Origin: an uncultured Aliarcobacter sp.
GTDB lineage: Bacteria > Campylobacterota > Campylobacteria > Campylobacterales > Arcobacteraceae
DNA: 64,000 nt
Reading direction: 5' to 3'
NCBI GenBank assembly: GCA_963664305.2
Contig: CAXXLV010000001.1
Location: 928,001 to 992,000 of the forward strand
The position numbers and the translations under genes are program-made. The notes under the pieces are model-generated. The model did not search any database. It was given only the letters and a program-made list of their open reading frames with translations, and had not been told where the DNA came from. Shown here in pieces: positions 10,701 through 21,435 of the stretch; the stretch's first letter is position 1, and the number at the start of each line of letters is the position of its first letter.

Positions 10701-11473
10701 TATCCAAATCTCCCTGTAATATAATCTTCTGTTTTTTTATTGTGCGGATTAACAAAAATAGTTTCTGTTTCATCGTACTCGATTAACTTTCCAAGATGGA
10801 AAAAGGCAGTGTAGTCTGCTACCCTAGCAGCTTGTTGCATATTGTGAGTTACCGTAATAATTGTATAATCTTGTTTTAATTCAAGCATTAAAGCTTCAAT
10901 TTTTTCTGTACTTATTGGGTCAAGTGCAGATGTTGGTTCATCCATTAATATAACTTCAGGTCTAACTGCAATTGTTCTTGCAATACAAAGTCTTTGTTGT
11001 TGACCTCCACTAAGTGAAGTTCCAGGTTGAGTTAATTTATCTTTTACTTCATTCCAAAGTCCTGATTTAATTAAAGAAGTTTCAACTAATTCATCACACT
11101 CTTTACCTTTTTTTACAATCCCATGTTTTAAAGGTGCATATGCAACATTGTCATAGATTGATTTTGGAAAAGGATTTGGTTGTTGAAATACCATTCCAAT
11201 TTTTTTTCTAACACTTACTTCATCAACATCTTTATCATAGATGTTTTTATTGTCAATAATTATTGAACCATCAATTTTTACTATTGGAATTAAATCATTC
11301 ATTCTATTGATACATCTTAAAAATGTAGATTTTCCACAACCAGATGGTCCAATTAAAGCTGTAATTTTGTTTTCATATAAATTTGCAGTAATATCATATA
11401 AAGCTTGATTTGAACCATAAAAAAGATTTAGGTTTCTTACATCAATTTTAGTTTTATTTTCATTTGCTATCAT
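10700..11473 (-). CDS. pstB: Phosphate ABC transporter ATPase
   Basis: [41 protein letters not shown]; start probably ATG 11473. Confidence 0.96.
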   Translation of the reverse strand: MIANENKTKIDVRNLNLFYGSNQALYDITANLYENKITALIGPSGCGKSTFLRCINRMNDLIPIVKIDGSIIIDNKNIYDKDVDEVSVRKKIGMVFQQPNPFPKSIYDNVAYAPLKHGIVKKGKECDELVETSLIKSGLWNEVKDKLTQPGTSLSGGQQQRLCIARTIAVRPEVILMDEPTSALDPISTEKIEALMLELKQDYTIITVTHNMQQAARVADYTAFFHLGKLIEYDETETIFVNPHNKKTEDYITGRFG

Positions 11474-11484
11474 AAATTTTCCTT

Positions 11485-12672
11485 TTACCATTTCACTTCT
11501 AATTTTTTTCTAAGATAAATTGCAATTGCATTTAGTGAAATTAATATTGTTAATAACACCATAATTCCAGCTGCTGTTTTTTCTATATACATACCTTCTG
11601 GCATTCCAGCCCACGTAAATAATTGTGCTGGCATTACTGTTGCTGCTTGCGTTACCATACTTGGAGCATCAGGTATAAATGCAATCATTCCAATGATGAT
11701 TAAAGGAGCAGTTTCTCCCATCGCTTGTGCTAAACCAATAATTGAACCTGTTAAAACACCAGGAAATGCCAATGGTAAAACATGGTCTTTTGTAACTTGA
11801 ATTTTATTTAATCCTAGTCCATAACCAGCTTGTCTTATACTATCTGGAACGGCTCTTAGTGCTGCCCTTGAACTTACAATAATAATTGGTAAAGTCATAA
11901 GTGCAAGAGTTAAACCTCCAACAAGTGGTGAACTTCTAGGCATTCCAAAAAGATTAATAAAAATTGCTAGACCTAAAAGACCGAATAATATTGATGGAAT
12001 AGCTGCTAGGTTATTGATGTTTATTTCAATAAATCTTGTAAATTTATTATCACCTGCAAACTCTTCTAGGTAAATAGCTGTCATAACTCCAATTGGGAAT
12101 GCAACAAGCATAGTAATAATTAAAGTTAAAACAGAACCAATAATCGCTGAATAAAGTCCTGCATATTCTGGAATTTTTGAATCACCATTTGTGAAGAATA
12201 TTGCATTAAATCTTTTTTCAATTAGACCTTGTGCGTATAATTCATCAACAAGTATAATTTCTTTATCACTCAATTTATGATTATGACCTTTTAAATATTG
12301 GTCAACTTGGTCATCTGCTAATACCCATAAGTTTTGAGTTGTATTTTCATATTGAGGATTATTTTTTAATAAAGTTGGTAAATCTCTTAACCAAGCTCTT
12401 GAAATAATATCTCTATATTCTCTTTTTACTGCAAATCTTGAATCGTTTATTGATTTCTCATTAAAAACAACATCAGTTTTTATATAAGCAATTTTAAATG
12501 CAGGAACACCTTTTCCTACAATGTCAAAAAGAAAAAATGCTAAAAATGCAATTGAAAAGATTAAAGAAGTTAAAGTAAACTTTTTAAATCTTGCCGCACT
12601 TGTATGTCTCTTTTTTAATGATGGATCATAAAATGGATTGTGTTGTTTATTTTTATTTTTTCGTTTTATCAT
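11485..12672 (-). CDS. pstA: Phosphate ABC transporter permease
   Basis: [20 protein letters not shown]. Confidence 0.95.
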   Translation of the reverse strand: MIKRKNKNKQHNPFYDPSLKKRHTSAARFKKFTLTSLIFSIAFLAFFLFDIVGKGVPAFKIAYIKTDVVFNEKSINDSRFAVKREYRDIISRAWLRDLPTLLKNNPQYENTTQNLWVLADDQVDQYLKGHNHKLSDKEIILVDELYAQGLIEKRFNAIFFTNGDSKIPEYAGLYSAIIGSVLTLIITMLVAFPIGVMTAIYLEEFAGDNKFTRFIEININNLAAIPSILFGLLGLAIFINLFGMPRSSPLVGGLTLALMTLPIIIVSSRAALRAVPDSIRQAGYGLGLNKIQVTKDHVLPLAFPGVLTGSIIGLAQAMGETAPLIIIGMIAFIPDAPSMVTQAATVMPAQLFTWAGMPEGMYIEKTAAGIMVLLTILISLNAIAIYLRKKLEVKW

Positions 12673-13598
12673 AATGTGTTCACTTTATATTTTTCTTTAA
12701 ATTTTCTTATTAGTGATAATGAAATCATATTTAATATTAGAGTTACTACAAATAGTACTAAACCTAAGGCAAAAGCTGAAAGTGTTTCAGGAGAGTTAAA
12801 TTCAAAATCTCCTACTAAAGCATTTACTATTGTAACTGTTACAGTTGTCATATCTTCAAGTGGATTCCATGAAAGATTTGGTCTTAAACCTGCAGCCATA
12901 ACAACAATCATTGTTTCTCCTAATGCTTTTGATAAAGCAAGTAAAGATGCAGAGATAATTCCTGGCATTGCTGATGGTAAAACAATATTTTTAATTGTCT
13001 CTCCATGTGTCATTCCAAGACCAAAAGCAGCTTTTCTTTGGCTATCTGGAACAGCTCGAATAACATCATCAGATAAAGATGAAATAACAGGAATAATCAT
13101 AATTCCCATTACAATTCCAGAAGCTAATGCACTATTAAATGTTGCTTCTAAACCAAAAAATTCAGCAATTTTTACAACTAAAGGAGCAACTGTAATTGCA
13201 GCAAAGAAACCATATACAACAGTTGGAATACCTGCAAGAACTTCAAGCATTGGTTTTAAATAATCTCTTAATTTAGGACTTGCATATTCGCTCATGTAAA
13301 TGGCACTTCCAAGACCAATTGGTATAGCAACACCAAGTGCAATAATTGTTATTACAAATGTTCCAGTAAATATTGGAAGAGCTCCAAATTGGCTTCCTAC
13401 AACACCTGGACTCCAAACTGTACCTGTGATAAAATACCAAAAGCTTCGAAGTTTAAAGAATTCAATTGCTTCGAAAAGAATTGAAAATAAAATACCAAAA
13501 GTAGTTAAAATTGATATTGCAGCAGCGCAAATAAGTCCAATTTTAATTAGTTTTTCATTAAATTCTCTTTGTTTTTTTCTTGATTCAAAAGTGCTCAA
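12669..13598 (-). CDS. pstC: Phosphate ABC transporter permease
   Basis: LAGIPTVVYGFF, ALGETMIV; TTG start. Confidence 0.95.
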   Translation of the reverse strand: MSTFESRKKQREFNEKLIKIGLICAAAISILTTFGILFSILFEAIEFFKLRSFWYFITGTVWSPGVVGSQFGALPIFTGTFVITIIALGVAIPIGLGSAIYMSEYASPKLRDYLKPMLEVLAGIPTVVYGFFAAITVAPLVVKIAEFFGLEATFNSALASGIVMGIMIIPVISSLSDDVIRAVPDSQRKAAFGLGMTHGETIKNIVLPSAMPGIISASLLALSKALGETMIVVMAAGLRPNLSWNPLEDMTTVTVTIVNALVGDFEFNSPETLSAFALGLVLFVVTLILNMISLSLIRKFKEKYKVNTL

Positions 13599-13629
13599 TA
13601 CTTTTGCCTTTATATTAAATTTTGGTGAA

Positions 13630-13661
13630 ATTCTAAATGAAGTTGGTTACAGTATGGTTAC
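13630..13661 (-). promoter_or_regulatory. Putative Pho box plus -10 for pstCAB-phoU
   Basis: Minus strand GTAACC-atact-GTAACC (11-bp period), 9 nt, TAGAAT; same geometry as upstream of pstS. Confidence 0.75.
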
Positions 13662-15388
13662 AGAACACTAGATATAGGTTCTTTAGAACCTTTTGAAGCT
13701 TTTTTAAGAATATTTAATGTGTTATCAAAATTGGATATATTTGATTTGGAGTTAATCTCTATAATTGCAGAAGAAACAGATAATAAGTCAAATCTTCTTT
13801 CCATATTGAATCTATCTTTTGCAATAATGTATCCATTATCTTTATCTTTTTTTGTGTAGATATTTTTTGCACTATTTCTAAATTCTTCTTGAACTAAAGA
13901 AGTTAAACTATAAACTTCTTTATATTCATAATTTTTAAGTCCAACAAAAAAATCATCTCCACCAATATGAGCAATAAATGCATCTTTTGGATAACGTTTT
14001 TGTAATAATTCTGAGAAAATTAATATTGCTCTGTCACCTTGTCTAAACCCATAAATATCATTAAATGGTTTAAAATCATTAAAGTCAAAATATATTATGT
14101 GAGTAATTGTTTTTTGATTCTTTCTTAATGTTTTATCAATAAACTTTTCTATTTGATTATTACCTGGAAGTTTTGTAAGTGGATTTTGATTTGTTGCAAT
14201 TTCAATATTTCTTTTATATGATAATGTTAATAAAGAATTTAAATTTATAAAACCTTTATATTTCCCTGATTTAGTGATAAATATACCTAAAGAATTTTTT
14301 GAATTAAGATTAAAAGTTTCTAGTATTTTATCAATACCCCAAGATATTTCAACATTTAAAGCAGGTTTGATATATTTAACTAAAGTTGACGAAAAAGTTT
14401 TATTTTGTGCTAAAGACATACCGTATTGTGAATATGATATTTTTTTGATATCAGTTTCATAGATTATTCCTAAAAAGTTTTCAAATTCATCTATAATTGG
14501 TACAAAATTGTTTTTTGTATCTTCTTTAAAGTGAACAAATAGATCATACAACGTAGTATTAATACTTAAAGGAACAATTTCTTCAATAAATTCGTCATCA
14601 ATAAAAGTATTATTACTTATTCTTTTATCTTCATTTATAAGACTGATTATATTTAAATAATTGCTTGTAATATCTTTATGATTTTGAGTTGGTCTTTGAA
14701 CTAAATACCCTTGAATAAAATCTGCTCCAATGTCTTTACAAGTGTAAAACTCTTTTTCAGTTTCAATACCCTCTGCAACAACTAACATTCCCATTATATG
14801 AGCCATTTCGATAATTGATGAACAAAAAAGTTTTTTCTTTGAATCATGGTCGATGTTTGTTACAAAGAATCTATCAAGTTTTATGATTTTTGCTTCACTA
14901 AAATATAAAAGTTTTAAACCAGATACTCCAATACCAAAATCATCTATTGCAATAGAGTAACCACTATCTCTATATTTTTGAATCATAGTTGAAAGTGCAT
15001 TTTGCTCGATGGCAGTACCTTTTTCACTTAATTCAAAACATACTCTATCTTTATTTAAATTATATTTTTTTAGGATTTTTGCAGTGTTACCTTGTGAATA
15101 TTGTTTATTATAAATTATTCTATTATCAAGGTTATAAAATAATTTTAAATTATCAATATTAATTTGTGAAAATTTACTAATTGCTTTTTCTCTTAATTGT
15201 AAATCTAATTCATATAAATAATCATCATTAAATGCTAAATTAAATAAATCATCAATAGAGTTAAGTCCAGGAACAAGTTGTACATTTCTTAAAAGTGCCT
15301 CAACGGCATAAATCTTACCACTATGTGAATAGATGATAGGCTGAAAAGCATAATCAAGTTTATTTATAATTTCAGTCCAATTTGGCAT
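13658..15388 (-). CDS. EAL-CBS-GGDEF c-di-GMP phosphodiesterase/diguanylate cyclase
   Basis: FQPI, EALLR, DDFGIG, KLDR, AEGIE, QGY; central CBS-like region; NPLTKLPGN, DFKPFND, GGDDF. Confidence 0.9.
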   Translation of the reverse strand: MPNWTEIINKLDYAFQPIIYSHSGKIYAVEALLRNVQLVPGLNSIDDLFNLAFNDDYLYELDLQLREKAISKFSQINIDNLKLFYNLDNRIIYNKQYSQGNTAKILKKYNLNKDRVCFELSEKGTAIEQNALSTMIQKYRDSGYSIAIDDFGIGVSGLKLLYFSEAKIIKLDRFFVTNIDHDSKKKLFCSSIIEMAHIMGMLVVAEGIETEKEFYTCKDIGADFIQGYLVQRPTQNHKDITSNYLNIISLINEDKRISNNTFIDDEFIEEIVPLSINTTLYDLFVHFKEDTKNNFVPIIDEFENFLGIIYETDIKKISYSQYGMSLAQNKTFSSTLVKYIKPALNVEISWGIDKILETFNLNSKNSLGIFITKSGKYKGFINLNSLLTLSYKRNIEIATNQNPLTKLPGNNQIEKFIDKTLRKNQKTITHIIYFDFNDFKPFNDIYGFRQGDRAILIFSELLQKRYPKDAFIAHIGGDDFFVGLKNYEYKEVYSLTSLVQEEFRNSAKNIYTKKDKDNGYIIAKDRFNMERRFDLLSVSSAIIEINSKSNISNFDNTLNILKKASKGSKEPISSVL

Positions 15389-15404
15389 AGTTATCCTAAG
15401 TAAA

Positions 15405-15466
15405 ATTTCATTACAAAGTTTTTACCTCTTTGTTCGCGTTAACAGGTAAAAACTTTATAATGAAAT
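15405..15466 (-). other. 23-bp stem-loop in the 5' region of the EAL-GGDEF gene
   Basis: Arms 15405-15427 and 15444-15466, 16-nt loop; the single mismatch is a U-G pair in minus-strand RNA. Confidence 0.7.
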
Positions 15467-15476
15467 CTGTGAATTT

Positions 15477-15511
15477 AAAAAAGATAAGAAGGAAGATTTA
15501 CTTCCTTCTTA
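15477..15511 (-). terminator. Intrinsic terminator after pstS
   Basis: taagaaggaag-attta-cttccttctta stem, followed by tctttttt on the minus strand. Confidence 0.75.
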
Positions 15512-15515
15512 AAAA

Positions 15516-16571
15516 TTAATGTTTTAAAGACTCTAAAGTTACTTTTTCGTTGTTCATAACTTTAGTTCTAGCTGCTGCTCTTACATCTTCAGTTAATGTT
15601 ACAAGTCCAAGTTCAGTTAAAATACCATCAGTACCAATCATTTTTTCAGACATAAATAAGTTTGTATACTCTTTTAATGCTGGAACTTCACTTGCGTGTT
15701 GGTTTTTGATATAGAAATACATAGATCTTGCAATTGGGTATTTACCAGATGAAATTGTTTCAACAGTTGGCATAGTATTTTCGATACTTAATCCAACAAC
15801 TTTATCTTTGTTTTCTTCTAAAAATGAATATCCAAAGATACCAATAGCTGCTTCATTTTTAGTTAATTTTTGAACGATTAAGTTGTCGTTTTCACCAGAC
15901 TCTACATAAACACCATCTGTTCTGATTATAGAGTATGCTTTATATTTTTTGTTTGCAGTTTCATCAGCTTTGAATAAATCTGTATAAACAGCCATTTTTT
16001 CAAATACATGTTGCATTACTAATTCTTCAAATGAATCTCTTGTTCCAGAAGATTTTGGTGGTCCATAAACGATAATTTCTCTATTTGGTAAAGATGCATC
16101 AATATCTGACCATTTTTTATAAGGATTTTTAATTAATGATTTTCCATCTTTTGAAGGAACTTCTTCAGCAACAGCTAAAGCTAATTGTTCTTTAGTTACG
16201 TTGAAACCTTTAACTTTTGCAGATTGTGCAATAGCAATACCGTCAAATCCAATTAATGCTTCAGTGATATCAGTTACACCATTTTCTTCACACATTTTGA
16301 ATTCTTTATCTTTCATTCTTCTTGAAGCATTAGTGATATCTGGAGTATTTAAATCAACACCAGCACAAAATAATTTCATACCTCCACCAGTACCAGTTGA
16401 TTCAACAACAGGAGTAGGGAATTTTGTAGTTGCACCAAATTCTTCAGCTACTGATGATGAGAAAGGATATACAGTAGAAGAACCAACAATTTTAATTTGA
16501 TCTCTTGCACTTAAAGTAGTTGCTAATAAAGCACTTGCAATTAAAGCCATAGATGTTTTTTTGAAAGTCAT
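15516..16571 (-). CDS. pstS: Phosphate ABC transporter substrate-binding protein
   Basis: Signal peptide, IVGSSTVYP, ESTGTGGG, ASRRMK, SGTRDSF, YPIAR. Confidence 0.95.
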   Translation of the reverse strand: MTFKKTSMALIASALLATTLSARDQIKIVGSSTVYPFSSSVAEEFGATTKFPTPVVESTGTGGGMKLFCAGVDLNTPDITNASRRMKDKEFKMCEENGVTDITEALIGFDGIAIAQSAKVKGFNVTKEQLALAVAEEVPSKDGKSLIKNPYKKWSDIDASLPNREIIVYGPPKSSGTRDSFEELVMQHVFEKMAVYTDLFKADETANKKYKAYSIIRTDGVYVESGENDNLIVQKLTKNEAAIGIFGYSFLEENKDKVVGLSIENTMPTVETISSGKYPIARSMYFYIKNQHASEVPALKEYTNLFMSEKMIGTDGILTELGLVTLTEDVRAAARTKVMNNEKVTLESLKH

Positions 16572-16602
16572 TTTTATCTCCGATAATTTTTTTTACCGTG
16601 AA

Positions 16603-16634
16603 AGTTTAATGATTGTTGGTTACATTTCGGTTAC
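16603..16634 (-). promoter_or_regulatory. Putative Pho box plus -10 for pstS
   Basis: Minus strand GTAACC-gaaat-GTAACC (11-bp period), 9 nt, TAAACT. Confidence 0.78.
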
Positions 16635-16646
16635 TATAAAGAATAG

Positions 16647-16835
16647 TTAGTTTAGATGTTTAATAAATTTTTCTTCAAATTCTTGGTAAGTTCTTACGAA
16701 AAGTTCTTCGTCATCTTCAGGTTTATAAATAACTGCTTTTACCCAAATGTCATTTTCTTGTATCTTGCAGAAATTTAAAGGAATATAAGATTTTTTATTT
16801 TTGTAGTGAATATAAGTTGTATTTAGTTCTATCAT
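16647..16835 (-). CDS. DUF1653-like small protein
   Basis: YIHYKN..Y, VIYK, LFVR..EF.EKF pattern. Confidence 0.65.
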   Translation of the reverse strand: MIELNTTYIHYKNKKSYIPLNFCKIQENDIWVKAVIYKPEDDEELFVRTYQEFEEKFIKHLN

Positions 16836-16855
16836 GTAAAAAAAAAGCTAATGGA

Positions 16856-17923
16856 TTATAATCCATTAGCCTCGATAAGTTTAGATTGATGATCAGCAAT
16901 AAGAGGATCAATTACTTCATCAAATAAACCATCATTCATGATGTAATCAAGTCGATAAAGAGTTAAGTTTATTCTATGATCACTGATTCTGTTTTGTGGA
17001 TAATTATAAGTTCTGATTCTTCCACTTCTATCACCAGTTCCTACTTGCTCTTTTCTTGTAGCACCTTCTGCTTCCATTTTCTTTTGCATCTCAATTTCAT
17101 AAAGTTTTGCTTTTAAAACTTTCATAGCTCTATCTTTATTTTTGTGTTGAGATTTTTGGTCTTGATTAGTTACTACAATTCCAGATGGAATATGAGTGAT
17201 TCTAACAGCCGAGTCTGTAGTATTTACAGATTGACCACCATTTCCACTGGCTCTCATAACATCAATTTTTAAATCATTAGGATCAATTTCAACTTCAACA
17301 TCATCAACTTCAGGCATAACTGCAACTGTAATTGCTGATGTGTGAACTCTTCCTTGTGATTCAGTTGCAGGAACTCTTTGAACTCTATGTGTACCACCTT
17401 CAAATTTTAATTTTGAATAAACATGGTCACCTTTTACTAGAATTACAATTTCCTTGTATCCACCTGATTCACTCTCACTTGAGCTCATTATTTCAACTTT
17501 CCAACCATTGTTTTCTGCATATCTTAAATAACCTCTAAACAGGTCACCAACAAATATTGCAGCTTCATCCCCACCTGTACCAGCTCTTAATTCCAAATAG
17601 ATATTTTTATCATCATTTGGATCTTTTGGAATCATTAAAAACTTAATCTCATCTTCAAGAATAGGTTTTCTTTGCTCCAATTCTTTAAGTTCTTCTTTTG
17701 CTAAATCTCCAAGTTCTGGATCATCTAACATAAGTTTATTTTCGTCAATATCGTCAAGAACTTTTATATATTCTTTAGCTTTATTAACTATAGGTTGGAT
17801 GCTTGACTGTTCTTTTGAAAGTTCAGTCATTCTTTTTATATCATTTGTAATATCAGGAGCCATCAATAAATTATTGATCTCTTCATGTCTATTAATAAAT
17901 GGTTGTAGTTTGTCTTTTAACAT
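16856..17923 (-). CDS. prfA: Peptide chain release factor 1
   Basis: [19 protein letters not shown] (PxT motif), [13 protein letters not shown]. Confidence 0.97.
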   Translation of the reverse strand: MLKDKLQPFINRHEEINNLLMAPDITNDIKRMTELSKEQSSIQPIVNKAKEYIKVLDDIDENKLMLDDPELGDLAKEELKELEQRKPILEDEIKFLMIPKDPNDDKNIYLELRAGTGGDEAAIFVGDLFRGYLRYAENNGWKVEIMSSSESESGGYKEIVILVKGDHVYSKLKFEGGTHRVQRVPATESQGRVHTSAITVAVMPEVDDVEVEIDPNDLKIDVMRASGNGGQSVNTTDSAVRITHIPSGIVVTNQDQKSQHKNKDRAMKVLKAKLYEIEMQKKMEAEGATRKEQVGTGDRSGRIRTYNYPQNRISDHRINLTLYRLDYIMNDGLFDEVIDPLIADHQSKLIEANGL

Positions 17924-17941
17924 ATATTTCTTTTAATAAAA

Positions 17942-18202
17942 TTATATAGCGTTAACTTTTACTTGTAATCTACTTACTCTTCTAGCAGCAGTACCTTTTT
18001 TTAGAATACCTTTAGAAACGCAGTGGTGTAAGTATTTGTTAGCTGATTTCATTGCTTCAACTGCTTTTTCTTTATCAGCAGTTTCAATTGCAGATAATAC
18101 ATTTTTTGTTACATTTTTGATTCTTGTTTTATAGAATCTGTTTCTTTCAGTTTTGATTTTCGTTTGTCTAGCTCTTTTTTCGCAAGATTTGTGATTTGCC
18201 AT
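17942..18202 (-). CDS. rpsT: 30S ribosomal protein S20
   Basis: [26 protein letters not shown]. Confidence 0.97.
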   Translation of the reverse strand: MANHKSCEKRARQTKIKTERNRFYKTRIKNVTKNVLSAIETADKEKAVEAMKSANKYLHHCVSKGILKKGTAARRVSRLQVKVNAI

Positions 18203-18285
18203 TTTTTTTAACCTCTTTGTAAAAATTTTAAGGGTAGAATATTACCCAAAGTAACTTAAAAAAAGTTTAATTTTAGGAAGGTTTA

Positions 18286-19620
18286 ATGAAACTATTCGGA
18301 ACTGACGGTGTTAGAGGGAAAGCTGGCGATTTTCTAGATGCAATTACTGTATTAAAGTTAGCAAAGGCTGCAGGTATCTATTTTAGAAAACATTCTACAA
18401 CAAAAAAAATATTAGTTGGAAAAGATACACGTAGAAGTGGTTATATGATAGAAAATGCACTTGTAAGTGGATTAACAGCAGTTGGCTACGATGTAATTCA
18501 AATTGGACCAATGCCAACACCTGCAATTGCTTATTTAACGGAAAGTATGAGATGTGATGCTGGAATTATGATAAGTGCTTCACATAATCCTTTTGAAGAT
18601 AATGGTATTAAATTCTTTGATAATCATGGTGATAAATTAAGTGTTGCTGCTGAAGAAGAGATTGAAAAAATATTTAGTGATGTTGAATTAATGACAAATG
18701 AGCAAGTAACTGGTAAAGAAATCGGTTCATCAAAAAGAATTGATGATGTTATTGGAAGATATATCGTTTCAATTAAAAGTTCTTTTCCTAAAGATTTAAC
18801 TCTTAGAGGTCTTAGAATTGTTCTTGATTGTGCAAACGGAGCAGCATACAAAGTAGGGCCTACGATTTTAGAAGAGTTAGGTGCTGATGTAATAACAATT
18901 AATAATAAACCAAATGGATTTAATATTAATGACAATTGTGGAGCAATGCATCCTGAAACAGTGGCAAAATTAGTAAAAGAATATAGAGCTGATATTGGAT
19001 TAGCTTTAGATGGTGATGCTGATAGATTGGTTGTTGTTGATGAAAATGGTGAAATTGTTGATGGAGATAAATTAATAGGTGCACTTTGTGCTTATTTAAA
19101 AAACGAAAATCTTTTAGAAGGTAATGGTTGTGTTGCAACAGTAATGTCAAATAAAGCTTTAGAAGATTATTTAAACAGTCATAAAATAAAACTATTTAGA
19201 TCTAATGTTGGAGATAAATATGTTTTAGAAGTAATGAAAGAAAAAAATATAAACTTTGGTGGTGAACAAAGTGGACATATTATTTTTTCTGATGTAGCAA
19301 AAACAGGAGATGGATTAGCATCTGCTTTACAAGTTTTAGCATTGATTATTAAATCTGGAAAAAAAGCAAGTGAAGTTTTAAATCCATTTGAATTGTATCC
19401 TCAAATTTTACATAATATGAAAGTTAGTGAAAAAATACCATTAAATGAAATTAAAGGTTTAGACGAACTTTTAAAACCTTTAAGAGACAAAGGTTTAAGA
19501 GATTTGATTAGATATTCAGGAACTGAGAATAAAATAAGACTTCTTTTAGAAGGTAAAAATAAAAAAGATGTTGAAGATGGAATGCAAACTTTAATATCAT
19601 TTTTTAAAAAAGCATTATGA
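18286..19620 (+). CDS. glmM: Phosphoglucosamine mutase
   Basis: [34 protein letters not shown]. Confidence 0.97.
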   Translation: MKLFGTDGVRGKAGDFLDAITVLKLAKAAGIYFRKHSTTKKILVGKDTRRSGYMIENALVSGLTAVGYDVIQIGPMPTPAIAYLTESMRCDAGIMISASHNPFEDNGIKFFDNHGDKLSVAAEEEIEKIFSDVELMTNEQVTGKEIGSSKRIDDVIGRYIVSIKSSFPKDLTLRGLRIVLDCANGAAYKVGPTILEELGADVITINNKPNGFNINDNCGAMHPETVAKLVKEYRADIGLALDGDADRLVVVDENGEIVDGDKLIGALCAYLKNENLLEGNGCVATVMSNKALEDYLNSHKIKLFRSNVGDKYVLEVMKEKNINFGGEQSGHIIFSDVAKTGDGLASALQVLALIIKSGKKASEVLNPFELYPQILHNMKVSEKIPLNEIKGLDELLKPLRDKGLRDLIRYSGTENKIRLLLEGKNKKDVEDGMQTLISFFKKAL

Positions 19621-20084
19621 AAAAAGAGTTAAAAATTGCAGCAACTATATTTGTAGTTGTATTTATTATAGACCAAGTTGTTAAATATGGTTTTGCAAAT
19701 TTAGGTTGGGATGTTGATGGTCCTTATATGTCTTTAAAATTGGCATATAACTATGGAGTGGCATTTTCAATGTTCTCTTTTTTAGAGCATTATTTGAAAT
19801 ATATTCAATTATCAATAGTTTTAATAGCTATGATTTATTTATTTATGAATAAAGATATTTTTAAAGAGTATTATGTGCCAATAGCATTACTTTTTGCTGG
19901 TGGGCTATCAAATATACTTGATAGATTTACTTATGGTGGAGTAGTTGATTATTTTTATTGGCATCATTGGTTTGAATTTGCAATTTTTAACTTTGCAGAT
20001 GTTATTATAGATTTAGGTGTAGTTATAATAATTTACAAGCAAATTAAACAATCAAGAGAAGAAAAGAAGAAAAACGAGATTTAA
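19617..20084 (+). CDS. lspA: Lipoprotein signal peptidase II
   Basis: DQVVK, NYGVAFS, NILDR, VVDY, FNFAD. Confidence 0.95.
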   Translation: MKKELKIAATIFVVVFIIDQVVKYGFANLGWDVDGPYMSLKLAYNYGVAFSMFSFLEHYLKYIQLSIVLIAMIYLFMNKDIFKEYYVPIALLFAGGLSNILDRFTYGGVVDYFYWHHWFEFAIFNFADVIIDLGVVIIIYKQIKQSREEKKKNEI

Positions 20085-20154
20085 TACTAGATTTGTAGCT
20101 TAAAATAAATTTAGATATAATCCAACAAATTTTAGAAAATGACAGGAATATTTT

Positions 20155-21435
20155 ATGGGTCAAACGATAACAGAAAAAATTTTTAGTGAACATGTAGGTA
20201 AAGAAGTTTATGCAGGTGAAATCGTAAGAAGTCCAATTGATATGGTAATTGGAAATGATATTACAACTCCTATTTCAATTAGAGCTTTTGAAGATGGTGG
20301 TTTTGAAAAACTTGCTAATCCAGATGGTTTTGCAATTGTTTTAGACCACTTTATCCCAGCAAAAGATATAGCTTCAGCTAACCAAGCAAAAATCTCAAGA
20401 GATTTTGCAATGAAACACAATTTAAAAAATTTCTTTGATGAAAAAGATATGGGAATTGAGCATGCATTATTACCAGAAAAAGGTTTAGTAATCCCTGGTG
20501 ATGTTATTATTGGAGCAGATTCACATACATGTACTCATGGTGCATTAGGTGCTTTCTCAACAGGTATGGGAAGTACAGATATCTCTTTTGGAATGATTAC
20601 AGGTGGTAACTGGTTTAAAGTTCCAGAATCAATCAAAGTAGTATTCAAAGGTAAACCAGCACCATTTGTTACAGGAAAAGATTTAATTTTAGAAATTATT
20701 AGAATTTTAGGTGTTGATGGAGCCTTATACAAAGCTTTAGAATTTACTGGTGATACAATTCAATATTTATCAATGGATGATAGATTCTCTTTATGTAACA
20801 TGGCTATTGAGGCAGGTGCGAAAAATGGTATTGTTGCATATGATGAAATTACAAAAGAATTCTTAGATAAAGTAAGTGCTGCAAATGGTGGATTAAGAGC
20901 TGAACCAAAAATTCACTATTCTGATGATGATGCAAACTATTGTCAAGTTATTGAAATAGATGTAGCAAAATTAGAACCAGTTATTGCATATCCTTTCTTA
21001 CCATCAAATGGTCACTCAGTTTCTCAAGCAGTTAGTGATAATATTAGAGTTGATCAAGTATTTATAGGATCATGTACAAATGGAAGATTAAGTGACTTTA
21101 AAATGGCTGCAGAAATTTTAGCAGGTAAAAAAGTAGCACGTCACGTAAGACTTATTTTAACTCCAGGAACGCAAAAAATTCTTAGAGAAGCAACAAAACT
21201 AGGTTACATTGACACTTTAGTTGATGCAGGTGCAGTTGTTTCAAATCCTACATGTGGTGCATGTTTAGGTGGTTATATGGGAATTTTAGGAGATGGAGAA
21301 GTTTGTATTTCTACAACTAATAGAAACTTTGTTGGAAGAATGGGAAGTAGAAGTTCAAAAATCTATTTAGCAAATAGTGCAGTTGCAGCAGCATCTGCAA
21401 TCTCAGGATATATTACAGACCCAAGAAGTTTATAA
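20155..21435 (+). CDS. leuC: 3-isopropylmalate dehydratase large subunit (short LeuC/HacA type)
   Basis: GADSHTCT, FIGSCTNGR, CGACLG, STTNRNF.GRMG. Confidence 0.9.
   Translation: MGQTITEKIFSEHVGKEVYAGEIVRSPIDMVIGNDITTPISIRAFEDGGFEKLANPDGFAIVLDHFIPAKDIASANQAKISRDFAMKHNLKNFFDEKDMGIEHALLPEKGLVIPGDVIIGADSHTCTHGALGAFSTGMGSTDISFGMITGGNWFKVPESIKVVFKGKPAPFVTGKDLILEIIRILGVDGALYKALEFTGDTIQYLSMDDRFSLCNMAIEAGAKNGIVAYDEITKEFLDKVSAANGGLRAEPKIHYSDDDANYCQVIEIDVAKLEPVIAYPFLPSNGHSVSQAVSDNIRVDQVFIGSCTNGRLSDFKMAAEILAGKKVARHVRLILTPGTQKILREATKLGYIDTLVDAGAVVSNPTCGACLGGYMGILGDGEVCISTTNRNFVGRMGSRSSKIYLANSAVAAASAISGYITDPRSL

Noticed and set aside
12640..13671. 207-aa and 123-aa plus-strand ORFs (and similar short antisense ORFs elsewhere)
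   Set aside because: Antisense to well-supported genes such as pstC; no recognisable motifs.
20155..21435. leuC without adjacent leuD/leuB as a sign of a novel pathway
   Set aside because: Dispersed biosynthetic genes are common in this lineage; catalytic motifs are standard.
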